Origin: Octopus sinensis
Taxonomy: Eukaryota
DNA length: 64,000 nt
Direction: 5' to 3'
Assembly (NCBI RefSeq): GCF_006345805.1
Contig: NC_043010.1
Coordinates: forward strand, 65,844,001-65,908,000
Shown here: one piece after another, positions 25,810-39,645 of the stretch
Layout: each line of letters begins with the position of its first letter
How positions within the stretch are numbered: position 1 is the stretch's first letter
Made by a program: the position numbers and the translations under genes
Notes under the pieces: generated by a model
What the model saw: only the letters and a program-made list of their open reading frames with translations
Told to the model about the DNA's origin: nothing
Database searches by the model: none

Positions 25810-28800
25810 TATATGAGTATGTGTCTTTGTGTCTGTGTTAATCTCCCATTATCAATTGACAACCAGTGTTGGGGTGTTTACATCCCTGTAACTTAGCAGT
25901 TCAGCAAAAGAGACATAGAATAAATACCCAGCTCAATAAAGAAAAAATAAGTACTGGAGTTGATTCATTTGACTAAGATTCTTCGAGGGTTGCCCCAGCA
26001 TGGCCACAGTCTAAGGACTGAAACAAGTGAAAGATAGAGAAATAAAAGAGAACCTTCACCCGTTCAGCCAAATTTTGTGTAGTTTTGTGTATTTACGGAA
26101 CATTCTAAGTTAGTTCCATGCAGTCAAGTCAACTGTGGATGACACACCATTCAGCTGTCTGTAATAAAACCTTCACCAAAATGTTTACTCTAAAACAGAT
26201 TCCAGATATTTGAAGCAGAGAAGCTTAACCCTGTGGCAACACTACTTAAGAAGACGACACAGCAAGAGCCAGATGTCATTGCTTGCCGAGGATTTCCACA
26301 CACATAAACTGCTCAGGTATGACACTTCTAAATCTTCGTATACGCTTTGTTTCACAAACAGTCATAAACAACTGCAACACAACAAATGACAAGCATTTTA
26401 AGGCTGTTTTCCTTGCCTAACCAACCACACAGGCTCTCTGCCCTGTTTTTCTCTATCCTCTATATCCCTACCTCATTGACTTTTTTCCCTGCATGTTGTA
26501 AGGGACAACTGAAAGAGTTGGGGGTCACGAATGGCATCTGGCCACAACCCTTTAGCATTCGCATTATTCTGCCAAAATTAATGCTTATTTATTCTCATTC
26601 TTTTGAACTAATCATGCATCATCTTGTGGCTTTGAGATTTTGATAGGGCAACCGTTAATGTATAGAATGATATTGTAGGGTTGGTGTGAGAGGCCAGATC
26701 TGGCCAGTTTGAGCATAAAACAGGCAGAATACTTTTGGCCAGATATGGCCTGTTTAAATGCTGAAGGGTTTAAACACTACCCCACAAAGGTCCCCACAAT
26801 GAGTCAGCATCACCACTACCACACCACCATCACCACTGTCACCACCACCACCACCACCACCCTGTGGATAACAATAGTCCTGATGATGATGATGATGATG
26901 ACTATGTTGAATATATCCAGCATTCATCAAGTGTGGTTGTCAGACTCATAGGTTGCCCCCTTCATCATCATCATCATCATCATCATCGTCTAACATCTGC
27001 TTTCCATGCTAGCATGGGTTGGACGATTTTGACTGAGGGCTGGCGAACCAGATGGCTGCACCAGGTTCCAATCTTGATTTGGCAGAGTTTCTACAGCTGG
27101 ATGCCCTTCCTAACGCCAACCACTCCGAGAGTGTAGTGGGTGCTTTTTACGTGCCACCAGCACTTAGATACAGAAACTCTTATTTTGCTACATAATCTAC
27201 AGGGTGGTCCAAAAGTCTTGTCACCACCTGTAAACAGTGTTTTAATTTTCTGTTATGAAGGAGAGAGTTTCACAAGAGCGATACCAGAATACTCATCAGT
27301 TGAAGGGTGCGGTTTCAGCAGCCTTTGCTACAGTCACCAAAGCACAGCTTCCTAAAATATCACACAAAATATGGTGCCACATCATTTTGTGCCACGAAAA
27401 CGATGCTGTTCATTCAGACCTTCTTGATGTGTGACAGTGTCAGTGTTGATGTTGCCTTGGCAGATTTGTGCTCTCTGAGTGCTCTTCTTCTTCTTCTTCT
27501 TCTTCTTCTTCTTCTTCTTCTTCTTCTTCTTCTTCTTCTTCTTCTTCTTCTTCTTCTTCTTCTTCTTCTTCTTCTTCTTCTTCTTCTTCTTCTTCTTCTT
27601 CTCTTCTTCTTCTTCTTCTTCCTTCTTCTTCTTCTTCTTCTTCTTCTTCTTCTTCTTCTTCTTCTCTCTTCTTCTTCTTCTTCTTCTTCTCTTCTTCTTC
27701 TCTTCTTCTTCTTCTTCTTCTCCTCCTCCTCTCCTCTCCTCCTCCTCCTCCTCTCCTCCTCCTCCTCCTCCTCCTCCTCCTCCTTCTTCTTCTTCTTCTT
27801 CTTGGAGTGGTTGGCGTTAGGAAGGGCATCAAGCTGTAGAAACTCTGCCAGATCAAGACTGGAGCCTGGTGCAAAACCATCCAACCCATGCTAGCATGGA
27901 AAATGGACGTTAAATGATGATGATGATGATGATCATTATTATTATTATTAAAAGCTGAACACTCATGTGTCATATTTGATGGGAGAGTCCATCGTTATTA
28001 TTATTGTTGTATGCAATTTTGACATATTGTTATGTTTACAGGCGAAGTTGGTCCCAGTGGCTTCGAGAGATAGACACAGCAGCCATCCGGAAAGAGCAAG
28101 AGAGAATAGCCACATCACTGTATCACTCGCACATCCTGGCGATTGTATGTGTAGCCTTTGTTTTTATCGTATCTTTTGTAGAAGGGATGAGGGTGGGAGA
28201 TTGTGGTCATGATGATGTAGATTTAACTGGGATTGGGGTCAGATACACTGGTGTTGGGATGATTCGGAAGATGAGCTTCTTTCTTGCTCTGCAAGAGATC
28301 GTGGGGGTGGGGGAAAGGTGTGTGGCTTAGTGTTTAGGGTATTCGGCTCTCAATCACAAGGCCATGGGTTCCATTTCCAGTGGTGCATTGTGCCCTCAAG
28401 CAAGACACTTTATTTCACATTGCTCCAGTCCACTCAACTGATGAAAATAAGTTGTACCTGTATATCAAAGGGGCCAGCCTTGTCACATTCCGTGTCATGC
28501 CGAATCTCCCTGAGAACTATGTTAAGGGTACACATGTCTGTGGAGTACTCAGCCACTTGCACGTTAATTTCATGAGCAGGCTGCTTTCTTTGATTCGATC
28601 AACTGGAACGCTCGTCATCATAACCAGCAGAGTGTCAGTATGCGTAAGGGAGTCTGTATTCATGTATCTACGTGTGTGTATATTTGTGTTTGCGTGTATG
28701 TCTATGGGTGTATATGTCTGAATCACTCTCACACGTGCACGTGTAATGTTTATAAAATCTCTTCCGGCAGGCTTGGAAGATCTGGTGCCGAGCCAATGAG

Positions 28801-31800
28801 GACATAGAAGCACAAATGCAGCTCTCTGAGAAAGCCTTGCAACACAGACATTGCTTCCTTCTTCGACTGACTTACACCAAGTGGATGTCATACATTGCTC
28901 TGAGACGTGAGAAGACCTACCTGAAATGTATTTATGACTTCTGCCTTACAAATATTTCATTTTCCATTTTATGATTTTGCAAAAGAGAAATGATATCGCA
29001 GTATACAGGGTGGCCCAAAAGTAGGTTTACAATTATTCAACTATCTCTTTTTTTCGCATTCATATTTTTTCTATTTTTTTATTTTATCTAGTTTCAGCTC
29101 ACGAGCTGTGGCCATGCTGGGGCACCGCCATTATTAACAGTTTAGATCTTAATTATAAAAAAAATATATGAAACCATTACTCTATGGTTCTATATTTAAG
29201 AGATGAGGAATTATGTACATTATTTACAATTGACGGATATTTGTCCTCATCTTGTTTGTTGTTAACACAATGTTTCGGCTGATATACCACCAGCCTTCAT
29301 CAGGTGTCTTAGGGAAATTTCAAACGTGGGTTCTCATTCCTAAGGTATTTTTCGATGTTATTATTATGGCATAGTGGTTAAGAGCGCAGGCTACTAACCC
29401 CGAGATTCTAAGTTCAATTCCAGGCAGTGACTTGAATAACAATAATAATAAAGATGGGCTACAGTAAATATTCTGCTCAATACCACAGATTTGCTTGTCA
29501 GTTGTTTGACCTTAACCAGTTGATCATGTCCCTTAGTGGCTGATGATATGTGCATCTCTGATCACGAGCAGAAGTAGTGGGGGAACATCATAGCCATGTG
29601 TTGAGAAGGGTTCTTTGGGGTTTGAATAATTCACCTCTGGAAACATGGGTGTTTCGTTCAACATCCTTAAACAACCCTTATTCAGGGACCTTTTGAGCGG
29701 AATGGGTTACTTGACCAGAAGAAAATTCTAACTGGGCCCCACCTGCAAGGTCATGTGCTATTTATCTTGATATGAGATCACCATGTCACGCACATACGGT
29801 TGTATGCATGTGCCTGGTGTACCCTTATCAGACGAGTAGTCATGATGGGTATACTGTGCTTCGTATATTTTACCCCAGTGTCACTTTGATGGCATGCACT
29901 GCTCTCTCACTCAATAATAATGATAATAATAACAACAACAACATCGGAAAAATACCTTAGGCATGAGAATCCAGGTTCGAAATTTCCCCCAAGACACCTG
30001 ATGTTAACAAACAAAATGAGGACAAATATCCATTAAATGTAAATAATGCATTACTCTATGCTAATTTAGTTAATTTTGTGAAGCTCTTTTTTCAGTTTGT
30101 AAGGTAGAAATTTAAATGTAACAAAATGTTTTAAAAGAAATTTAAAATGCCTATGTGGTAACTGTAAACCTACTTTTGGGGTACCCTGTATGATTTAAAA
30201 TGAGAACCTGGATGTGCTTGCTTGGCTCATTAAGAAATAATGCCAAATATCTCTCGAATCACACTCCAAAAAGGAAGGATGTGTTGATTAATACAGTCCC
30301 AGACGTGTGTGTGCATGCATGTGCACACACATATATATATATACACACAGAGGCGCAATGGCCCAGTGGTTAGGGCAGCGGACTTGCGGTCATAGGATCG
30401 CGGTTTCGATTCCCAGACCGGGCGTTGTGAGTGTTTATTGAGCGAAAACACCTGAAACTCCACGTAACTCCAGCAGGGATGGTGGTGATCCCTGCTGTAC
30501 TCTTTCACCACAACTTTCTCTCACTCTTCCTTCCTGTTTCTGTTGTACCTGTATTTCACGCTGAATATCCCCGAGAACTGCGTTAAGGGTACATGTGTCT
30601 GTGGAATGCTCAGCCACTTACACGTTAATTTCACGAGCAGGCTGTTTCGTTGATTCGGATTAACCGGAACCCTCGTCGTCGTAACCGACGGAGTGCTTCC
30701 ATCCATATATACACACACACACATATATATGTCTTAATATCTTATACATGTTCTATTAATTTGCCTGTACGGCTTTGTGCTCAAAGGCACCAATGATGGT
30801 ATTTCTAAAAATATTAATCGTTTTCATATATATACTTTTATTTTTTTAACTTGTTTCAGTCATTTGACTGTGGCCCTGCTGGAGCACTGCCTTTAATCAA
30901 AGAAATCGACCCCCAGGACTTATTCTTTGTAAGACTAGTACTTATTCTATCGGCCTCTTTTGTCAAACTGCTAAGTTACGGGGACGTAGACACACCAACA
31001 TCAGATGTCAAACAATGGTGGGGGACAAACACAGACACACAAGCATATGCATTTATATATATATATATGACCAGTTTCTCTCAGTTTCTATCTACCAAAT
31101 CCACTCACAAGGCTTTGGTTGGCCCGAGGCTATAGTGGAAGGCACTTGCCCAATGTGCCATGCAGTGGCACTGAACCCGGAATCATATGGTTGGTAAGCA
31201 AGCTACTTACCACACAGCCACTCCTACACCTATATATATATCTTTTTCTTTTACTTGTTTGTCATTAAACTTTGGCCATGCTGGTGCACTGCCTTGAAGA
31301 AATTTTAGTCGAATGACTAACCCCCAGCACTTATTTATTTTAAGCCTGGTACTTATTCTATCAGTCTCTTTTACTGAACTGCTAAGTTATCAGTAGTAGA
31401 GGAGCGACATACACACTCTTGCATGCACACACCAGGCTTCTTTCAGTTTCCATCTACCAAATCCACTCATAAGGCCTTGTTCAGCCCGAGGCTATAGTAG
31501 AAGACACTTGCCCAAGGTGCCACACAGTGGGACTGAACCCAGAACCATGTGGTTGGGAAGCCAACTTCTTTTCACGCAGTCACACCTGCACCTATATATA
31601 TATATATTATATATATATATATATATTATTTTCTACTCTAGGCAGAAAGGCCCAATATTAGATTGACCCCAGTATGCAACGGGTACTTAATTTATTAACC
31701 CCATGGAGAAAGAAATTTCTCTTATAGTAAAAAGGTGTGGAGACACCAAGTTTGTTCAGCGTTGCCATCTCTCTGGGATCTCAGACATCGATGTTTCGAG

Positions 31801-32316
31801 TTTATTGATTCTTGTTGATAAGATGTACCTAAGAGGCAACTCTCAACGAACTAAATAAAGCTTGTAGTCTAGTTTGTCCATTTTTTAACACAGTCATGTG
31901 TGATTTGGTTGCTATTTCTAGCACACTAAGCAACCATATAAGGGCTCTCTCATTTAGCCAGAATTCATTGTGATGATTAGGAAGGGCATCCAGCTGTAGA
32001 AACACTGCCAGATCAGACTGGAACCTGGTGCAACCTCCTGGCTTCCCAGACCCCAGTCGAGCCGTCCAACCGATGTCAGCATGGAAAACGGACGTTAAAC
32101 ATCGATGATGATAATGACCTCTTGTGTACCGTTGGCGATTTTTTTTTCCTCTGTCTTCCCTTCTCGGGGTCTTTCCTTCTCCTATGTTTCCGACGAAGAG
32201 CTCCGCTCGAAACGTTAAACCCTCCTTCTTCCCTTCCTTCCTGAGCGTCCAATAATACTATATTTGTTCCATGTCCTCGCGTTGTTGTGTTTTTTTGTGC
32301 TTTCTTGTTTGGATTA

Positions 32317-32367
<51 letters not shown>

Positions 32368-34809
32368 ATGTATGTATATTTATGTATGTGTTGTTGTATA
32401 TGTGTTTGTCTTCCCACCATCAATTGACAACCAATGTTGGTGTGTAGATGTCCCTGAAACTTAGCAGTTCAGCAAAAGAAACCAGTAGAATAAGTACTAG
32501 GCTTGCAAAGCATAAGTCCTGGGGTCAATTTCTTCGACTAAATGCGGTGCTCCAGCATGGCCACAGTCAAATTACAGAAGTGTGTAAAAGAGTAAAAGAG
32601 ATATCATATCTTCTAATATTTTGGTTTTTAGCTGTTGCAGATAAATTTTTCAAAGAGAAAATATGCTACCAGAGTTTTCAAGCTTGGACCCATCAGCTAT
32701 GGGCTTGTCGTGCTCTCAAGGCCAACGAGGATTACTTGAGAAGCTTACGACAGCGTTCTTCCTTGCGGACCATGTGGCTTCACTGGAGAATTTGTATCCT
32801 TTTAATCATGGACAACTAAGGTATAGATGTGGCTGGTAAATAGAAACTGAAAGAAGACCATCATATATGTAAGCTGTCATGTGTGTGTGTGTACCCTTGT
32901 CTTGATATCGTGTGATAGTTGTAGGCAAGGATTTCTATCATACAAGCAATGTTTTCCATTTCCAGTCTTCCTTGGAAATCACATCTGGTCACAGGAAATA
33001 AATATTACCATAACAGGTGAGGGTTGGCAACAGGAAGGGCATCTGGCCATAGAACATCTGCATCAGCTGATTCTGTCTGACTCATGCAAGCATGGAAAAG
33101 AGAATGCTAAATGATGGCATCCATGTTAGTAGTGGCAGCAGCAGCAGTGTTGGGTAGAGGTCTTGATTTTAGATTGCCTTCACACAGAGTTTATACCATA
33201 GAACCAGGGACATTCTCAGGCAGGTTGACATCAAAAGGGTTATTATCTGCTCATTGAAAACTTCTATAGAGTCTTCATCATCATCCCCATTTAATGTCCG
33301 TGTTCTGTGCTAGCATTTTGTTTATTAATATTTTAAAATCTGACTGGTAGTGGGTGTTAAAGCTGTTCTACAGAAAATAGCACTGATGCCAAATATTGAA
33401 ATCAGGAGCCACACGTAGCATAGTTTTAAAAGCTACATGTTGCTCGTGTGTTCCAGTTTGGCCACTGTTGACGACAATGCTCCCTCTTGGATTGTTAATA
33501 TTCTAGTTGTTGTTCACGTTGCTTAAATGTAGATCAAAACTGATTTTGCAAAGCTGTGATCAAAATTATTCCAGCTATGACCATCCTGTATTTTCTCTGT
33601 GACCAGAACCACACAATACAGCATGTCATTTTTTTTCAGACACTAGGGTATGATTTGGGGGAGATTTGACTATTTCTAACAATTCAAGTGTCCATGTAGT
33701 AGTCCCCTTGTTGGCTTCTCAGTATTCAATTAACAGGGCTGGTCAGTCCCAAACAAACTACTGCATGAAGTATATTGAACTGGTATTGACAAAGACAAAT
33801 AAATCCTTAATTAGTTTCTTCAGATATAGAAATGTGTAAACAGAAGAGAAATCAATTTTTTGTTGCTGTGAACTATTATAGATTACGTTTACTGGTGAGC
33901 TATTAAAAGTTTTGATATGTCTTTGAAATATGTACTCTGTTAGTGGGCAGTATGGCTGTGTGGTTAAAAAGTATACTTCAAAACCATGTGGTTCTTGAAT
34001 GGATCCTCTGACTAACACTTAGTGCAAGTGCCTTATACTATAACCACAGGTTGACCAACATCCTACAAGTATAGTTTAGTCTTCGGTATCTGTTCAGATC
34101 TCTCAGGTGTATGTGTTTGTACCTTCACATCTCAACACCATGTGATTGTTGTAAATGAGTGCCACTGTCATACAAGTGGTACCATTCATTTTCTAATTTT
34201 TGGCCTATGTCAGGGGTGTAACCAACCCACTTATGCATACCTTCCCTTCATTGGACACTAAACTCTGCTTGCAAAGACCTCTTGAGGCAAGTGAAATCAA
34301 AATCAAATTCGATGACTAGCATCCATGCTAGTGGAGCGCTAAGAGCACCATCCGAGTGTGATCGTCGCCAGAGCGCTAACTGGCTTCCATGCCGGTGGCA
34401 TGTAAAAAGCACCATTTGACCATGATCGTTACCAGCACTGCCTTACTGGCACTTGTGTCGGTGGCCTGTGAAAAACATTCGAGCGAGGTCGTTGCCAGTG
34501 CTGCTGGACTGGCTCCTATGCAGGTGGCACGTAAAAATCACCATTTGAGCATGGCCATTGCCAGTACTGCCTGACTGGCCCTCGTGCTGGTGGCACGTAA
34601 AAGCATCCAACACACTCAGAGTGGTTGGTGTTAGGAAGGGCATCCAGCTGTAGAAACTCTGCCAAATCAAGATTGGCGCCTGTCCTCAGTCAAATCGTCC
34701 AACCCATGCTAGCATGGAAAGCGGACATTAAACGATGATGATATGGAAACTTGCCATTTCATGGGGAAATATTACCTTGCCTGGAAGCAAGTAAGGGTTG
34801 GTTCATTTA

Positions 34810-34850
<41 letters not shown>

Positions 34851-37462
34851 TCACGGAGTGGTTGGCGTTAGGAAGGGCATCCAGCCGTAGAAACACTGCC
34901 AGATTTGACTGGGCCTGATGAAGCCTTCTGGCTTCACAGACCCCAGTAGAACCGTCCAACCCATGCTAGCATGGAAAACGGACGCTAAATGATGATGATG
35001 ATCCTAAATATTGATTTACATTGAATCCACAATGGCCCTGAGAGATAGAATTGTACAAACCACATTGAAAAGTCATAAAGGAGAAATGGTTTTACTTTTT
35101 TTTTTTTCATCCCACAGAAATATGGAATGGCAGGTTTTTATTTAAACTGGAATCAGAAGAAAAGGTTGCGGACCTTGAGCAATTTGTGTAAGGGGATCCA
35201 TAAAAGACAGGTATGTCTTCTTGAGTTTATCTCTGAATGTTAGATTATTACTAGAAGAAGGATAGCATCCGTGACCCATTTCAGGATTTCTGAGATTCTT
35301 TAAAATCAACTACAAGATCTGGTCCCAGGGTTAGTGTAATCGACTGACCACTTCTTCCAAATTTCTGGCCTTGTGCTTTGGTCAGATATGATTATTATTG
35401 TTGTTTAACCCTTTAGTGTTCGCATTATTCTGCCAAAGTTAATCCTTTTTTATCCACATTGTTTTGAATTAATCATGCATTATCTTGTAGCTATGAGATT
35501 TTGATGAGGTAGCTGTTAATTTTTTAAACAATATTGTAGGGTTGGTGTGAGAGACCAGATAGGGCTAGTTTGAACATAAAACAGGTAGAATATTTGTGGC
35601 CGGATATGGCCAGTTTAAATGCTAAAGGGTAAAGGCAGTGAACTGGTAGAATCTTTAGTGGACAAAAGGCTTAGCAGTATTTCACCCATTGCTACATTTT
35701 AAGTTCAAATTCTGCCGAGGTCAAATTTGACTTTCGTGGTCAATAAATTAAGTACCAGTTGGACACTGGGGTTGATGTAATTAACTTAGTCCCTTCCCCC
35801 ATGTTAGCATGCTGGATGAAATGCTTAGCAGTATTTCGCCTATCGCTATGTTCTGAGTTCAAATTCCACCGATGTTGACTTTGCTTTTTCATTCTTTCAG
35901 TATCGATAAAATAAGTACCAGTTGTACACTGGGGTCGATGTAATCGATTCATCTCCCCTCCCCCAAAGTTGCTGCCCTTGTGGCAAATTTTGAAACCGTT
36001 GTTGTTGTTGTTGAGTCAAGGGACAATTAAAGAAATGTAAATCAGCGAATTGTTTTGGTGCCTCATGATTGTGAGTTCCAATCTTCCCATGGCTCACTAT
36101 ATACTTCTTTCATTTGAGAATTGATTTTAGAAGTACCTGTAATATATTGGGGATTGTGTTAATTATCTATACACCAACACCTCCCCTAGTAAAGAAAAAT
36201 TATCATGTACAGGTACTTCCTTGTACTTGTAGTGGCATTCATCCATGATGGGTTAAGTCAGTCAAACTGTCCAACCCATGCCAGAATGGAAAGCAGACAT
36301 TAAATGACGACAATGATGATGATGATGATCTCGGTAGGTTTTTGAGTTCAAATTCAATGAGGACCAACTTTACCTATCATCCTTCCAAGGTTATAGAATA
36401 AGTGTCAGTCTGCATCAGCCCAAGTTAAGTACTGGAGTTCATATTAACTGTCTTCTTTCTGCTATGTTTGAGACCTTGGGTCCATGTAAGAGACTTTTAT
36501 GAGGGCACTAGATTGACAGAACCATTAGAATCTGTACCTTAAATCTCTCAACAGGCACAAAGCCACACCTCACTCAATGCTATTCCCCTCCACCCAGTTG
36601 AAGGGTTTTTGTCTTGCAAGACACTTGGTGACCCTGCCAGTGTTGGTGCCACATAAAAACCACCCAGTACACTCAATAAGTAGTTGGCATTAGGAAGGGC
36701 ATCCAGCCGTAGAAACCATGGCAAAACAGACAATTGTACCTGGTGCATCTTCTGTCCTTGTCAGTTCCTATCAAACCATGCACCCCATGCCAGCATGGAA
36801 AACAGACATCAAATGATGATGATGGTGATAATGGTGGTGATGAGTGCATTTGAAACATCATCTTACAGTATTCATTCCAGCTCTTTACATTCCGAGGTCA
36901 AATCCTGTCACGGTCAACTTTGTCCTTCATCCTCCAGGTCCAATGAAATAAAATACCAATCAAGTTTTGGTTCAAAGTAATCAACTAACCCCTATCTCGG
37001 GTCCTGTGCTCTTGAATCAGTGGGGAGCTGGCAGCATTGTTAGCCTGCCAGACAAAATGATTTGGGCATTTCTTCTGACTATATGTCCTGAGTTCAAATT
37101 CTGCTGAAGTCAACTTTACCTTTCATCCTTCCAGGGTCAGTAAAATAAGTACCAGTTGAGTACTGGGGTCAATGTGATCAACTAGACCCTCCCCCAAATT
37201 TCAGGCCTTGTGCCTATAGTAGTAGACTGGATTGTTTTTATCATTAGGAGAGCGGTGAGCTGGCAGAAACGTTAGCACATCAGGCAAAATGCTCAGTGGC
37301 ATTTCGTCCATCTTTACATTCTCGGTTCAAATTCCACCGAGGTCAACTTTGTCTTTCTTCCTTTTGGGAGTTGATTAAATAAGTACCAGTCGAGCACTAA
37401 GGACAGTGTAATCAACTTAGCCCCTTCCCCAAAATTTCTGGCCTGTGCCAGAATTTGAAATC

Positions 37463-37496
<34 letters not shown>

Positions 37497-39614
37497 GGGC
37501 AATGAGCCAACAGAATCGTTAGCATGCCAGGCAACATGCTTAGTGCTGTTTCATCCATCTTTATGTTCTGAGTTCAAATTCTGCCAAGGCTAACTTTGCC
37601 TTTCATCCTTTTGGGGTCAATGAAATAAATATCAGTTAAGCACAGAGGTCGTGGAGGCGCAATGGCCCAGTGGTTAGGGCAGCGGACTCGCGGTCAGAGG
37701 ATCACAGTTTCAATTCCCAGACCGGGCGTTGTGTGCGTTTATTGAGCAAAAACACCTAAAGCTCTACGAGGCTCCAGCAGGGGGTGGTGGTGGTGACCCC
37801 TGTTGTACTCTTTCGCCCCAACTTTCTCTCTTTCTTCCTGTTTCTTGAGTAACGCTGCGATGGACTAACGTCCCGTCCAGCTGGGAGGAAAATATATGCC
37901 ATGGAAACCGGGCTCATGAGCCTGGCTAGGCTTGAAAAGGGTGCATAAATAAAAAAAAAATAAACACAGGGGCCAATGTAGTCAACAAGCTCCCTCCCAC
38001 AAAATTTCAGGCTTTGTGCCTACAGCAGGAAGGATTTTTATTGTTGTTGTTATTGTTATAGTTGCTGAAAATGTCTTGGAACTGCTGGTCCGACAAGCTT
38101 GACTTGAAGTATGACCAACGACTTATCCCCTTGACACAAAGAGCTCAAAGTTTCTATCGGTGAGATCATTTCTTACATTCATATCTATTCCGTTTTGTTC
38201 TTATTCATTTATATGTTTTTTAGGTATTTTTCCTTGGACATCAAGATTCGCCACAAAATAAGGAGTTCCTATATAACTGAGGGTAGTTGACAAAGCCTGC
38301 TCTCTCTTGATCCACTCTTCCATTTGGTTAAGTTATTCTGCAATTAACCAACACATATGCCACTGGTGGTTCATTACAGACTTCACACAACTACCTTATG
38401 CACTATATGCTAGTGGCACGTGAAAAACAACATTCAAGCATGGTCGTTGCCAGTGCCACTGGACTGGCTCCCGTGCAGGTAGCACGTAAGAACACCTTTG
38501 ATTGTCATCAAACTGTATGCAGTTTGACCACACAAAATACATGGCGTTGCTGGTAAGTTCGAATAAGAGGCCATGGAGGTTAATGTGTTAATGTCTCTTG
38601 GGGAAACACAGGCTAGTAGGGAGTTCCAAGCTACAAGAATGACAGAATATAAGACGAAAGTGACTTTATAGATAAACAGAAATCTAGTACAACCCTTAAT
38701 GGAGGTTTGTGGCATAGTGGTTAGAGGTGTTGGACTCATGATCAGAAGGTTATGATTTCAATTCCTGGACTGGGTGATGCATTATGTTCTTGAGCAAAAC
38801 ATTTCATTTCACATTGCTCCAGACCACTCAGCTGGCAAAAATAAGTAAGCAACAGACCAGCGTCCAGTCCAGGGTGAAAATATACATCAAAGAAACCATG
38901 AAGCCGGCCCTATGAGTCTGTATGGCTCTGGAAGGATCTTTATCTTAAGACAGGACACTCCCTTACTATCAAATTATCAAAGGTTTTCCTTATACTTTCC
39001 AATTCAACAATGAAGGGTTCTGTCACGGATATTTTTTATTAATTGGTTTATTTATTTTGATATTGCATTCTAAGAAGGAAAGGGCCATTTGGTTATGGGT
39101 TTTCGGTCATCAGTCAACTGTGTTTACAATGGCAAGAACAAGGTGTTGCCTGTGTAACTTGGGCAGAACAAATATTGCAAGTGACCTTGTTCAATGAGCA
39201 CTAGTTTACTGGTTTTCATGCTATATCTGTCACCAATATTTACATCTGGGTTCTCATTCCTAAGGTATTTTTTGATATTATTATTTTTCATTTTTGGATT
39301 TGGTTTGCAAGATTCTTTATATGAGTTCTTGTGTTGAAGCATATTCTGTTGTGTCTGGGGAGAGTCATTTTCTTTTTGTGACTTATAATGTAACACACTC
39401 ACCAGTAAAATTTCCACTTATTTCTTATTTTTATTTTCCTAAAATTTTCGTTGCGTCTTGCAACCTTTTCAATAGTCTTGACTAGTCTTGAAAAGGTTGC
39501 AAGATGCAACGAAAATTTTAAGAAAATAAAAATAAGAAATAAGTGGAAATTTTACCGGTGAGTGTATTACATTATAAGGCACAAAAAGAAAATGACTCTC
39601 TCCAGACACAACAG

Positions 39615-39645
<31 letters not shown>

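Noticed and set aside
27307-27973. Long poly-L/S/F/E/R ORFs
   Set aside because: They are translations of a CTT/CCT microsatellite.
30350-30425. tRNA gene calls at SINE heads (also 17171, 37652, 63851)
   Set aside because: They lack complete acceptor stems and run directly into repeat bodies.
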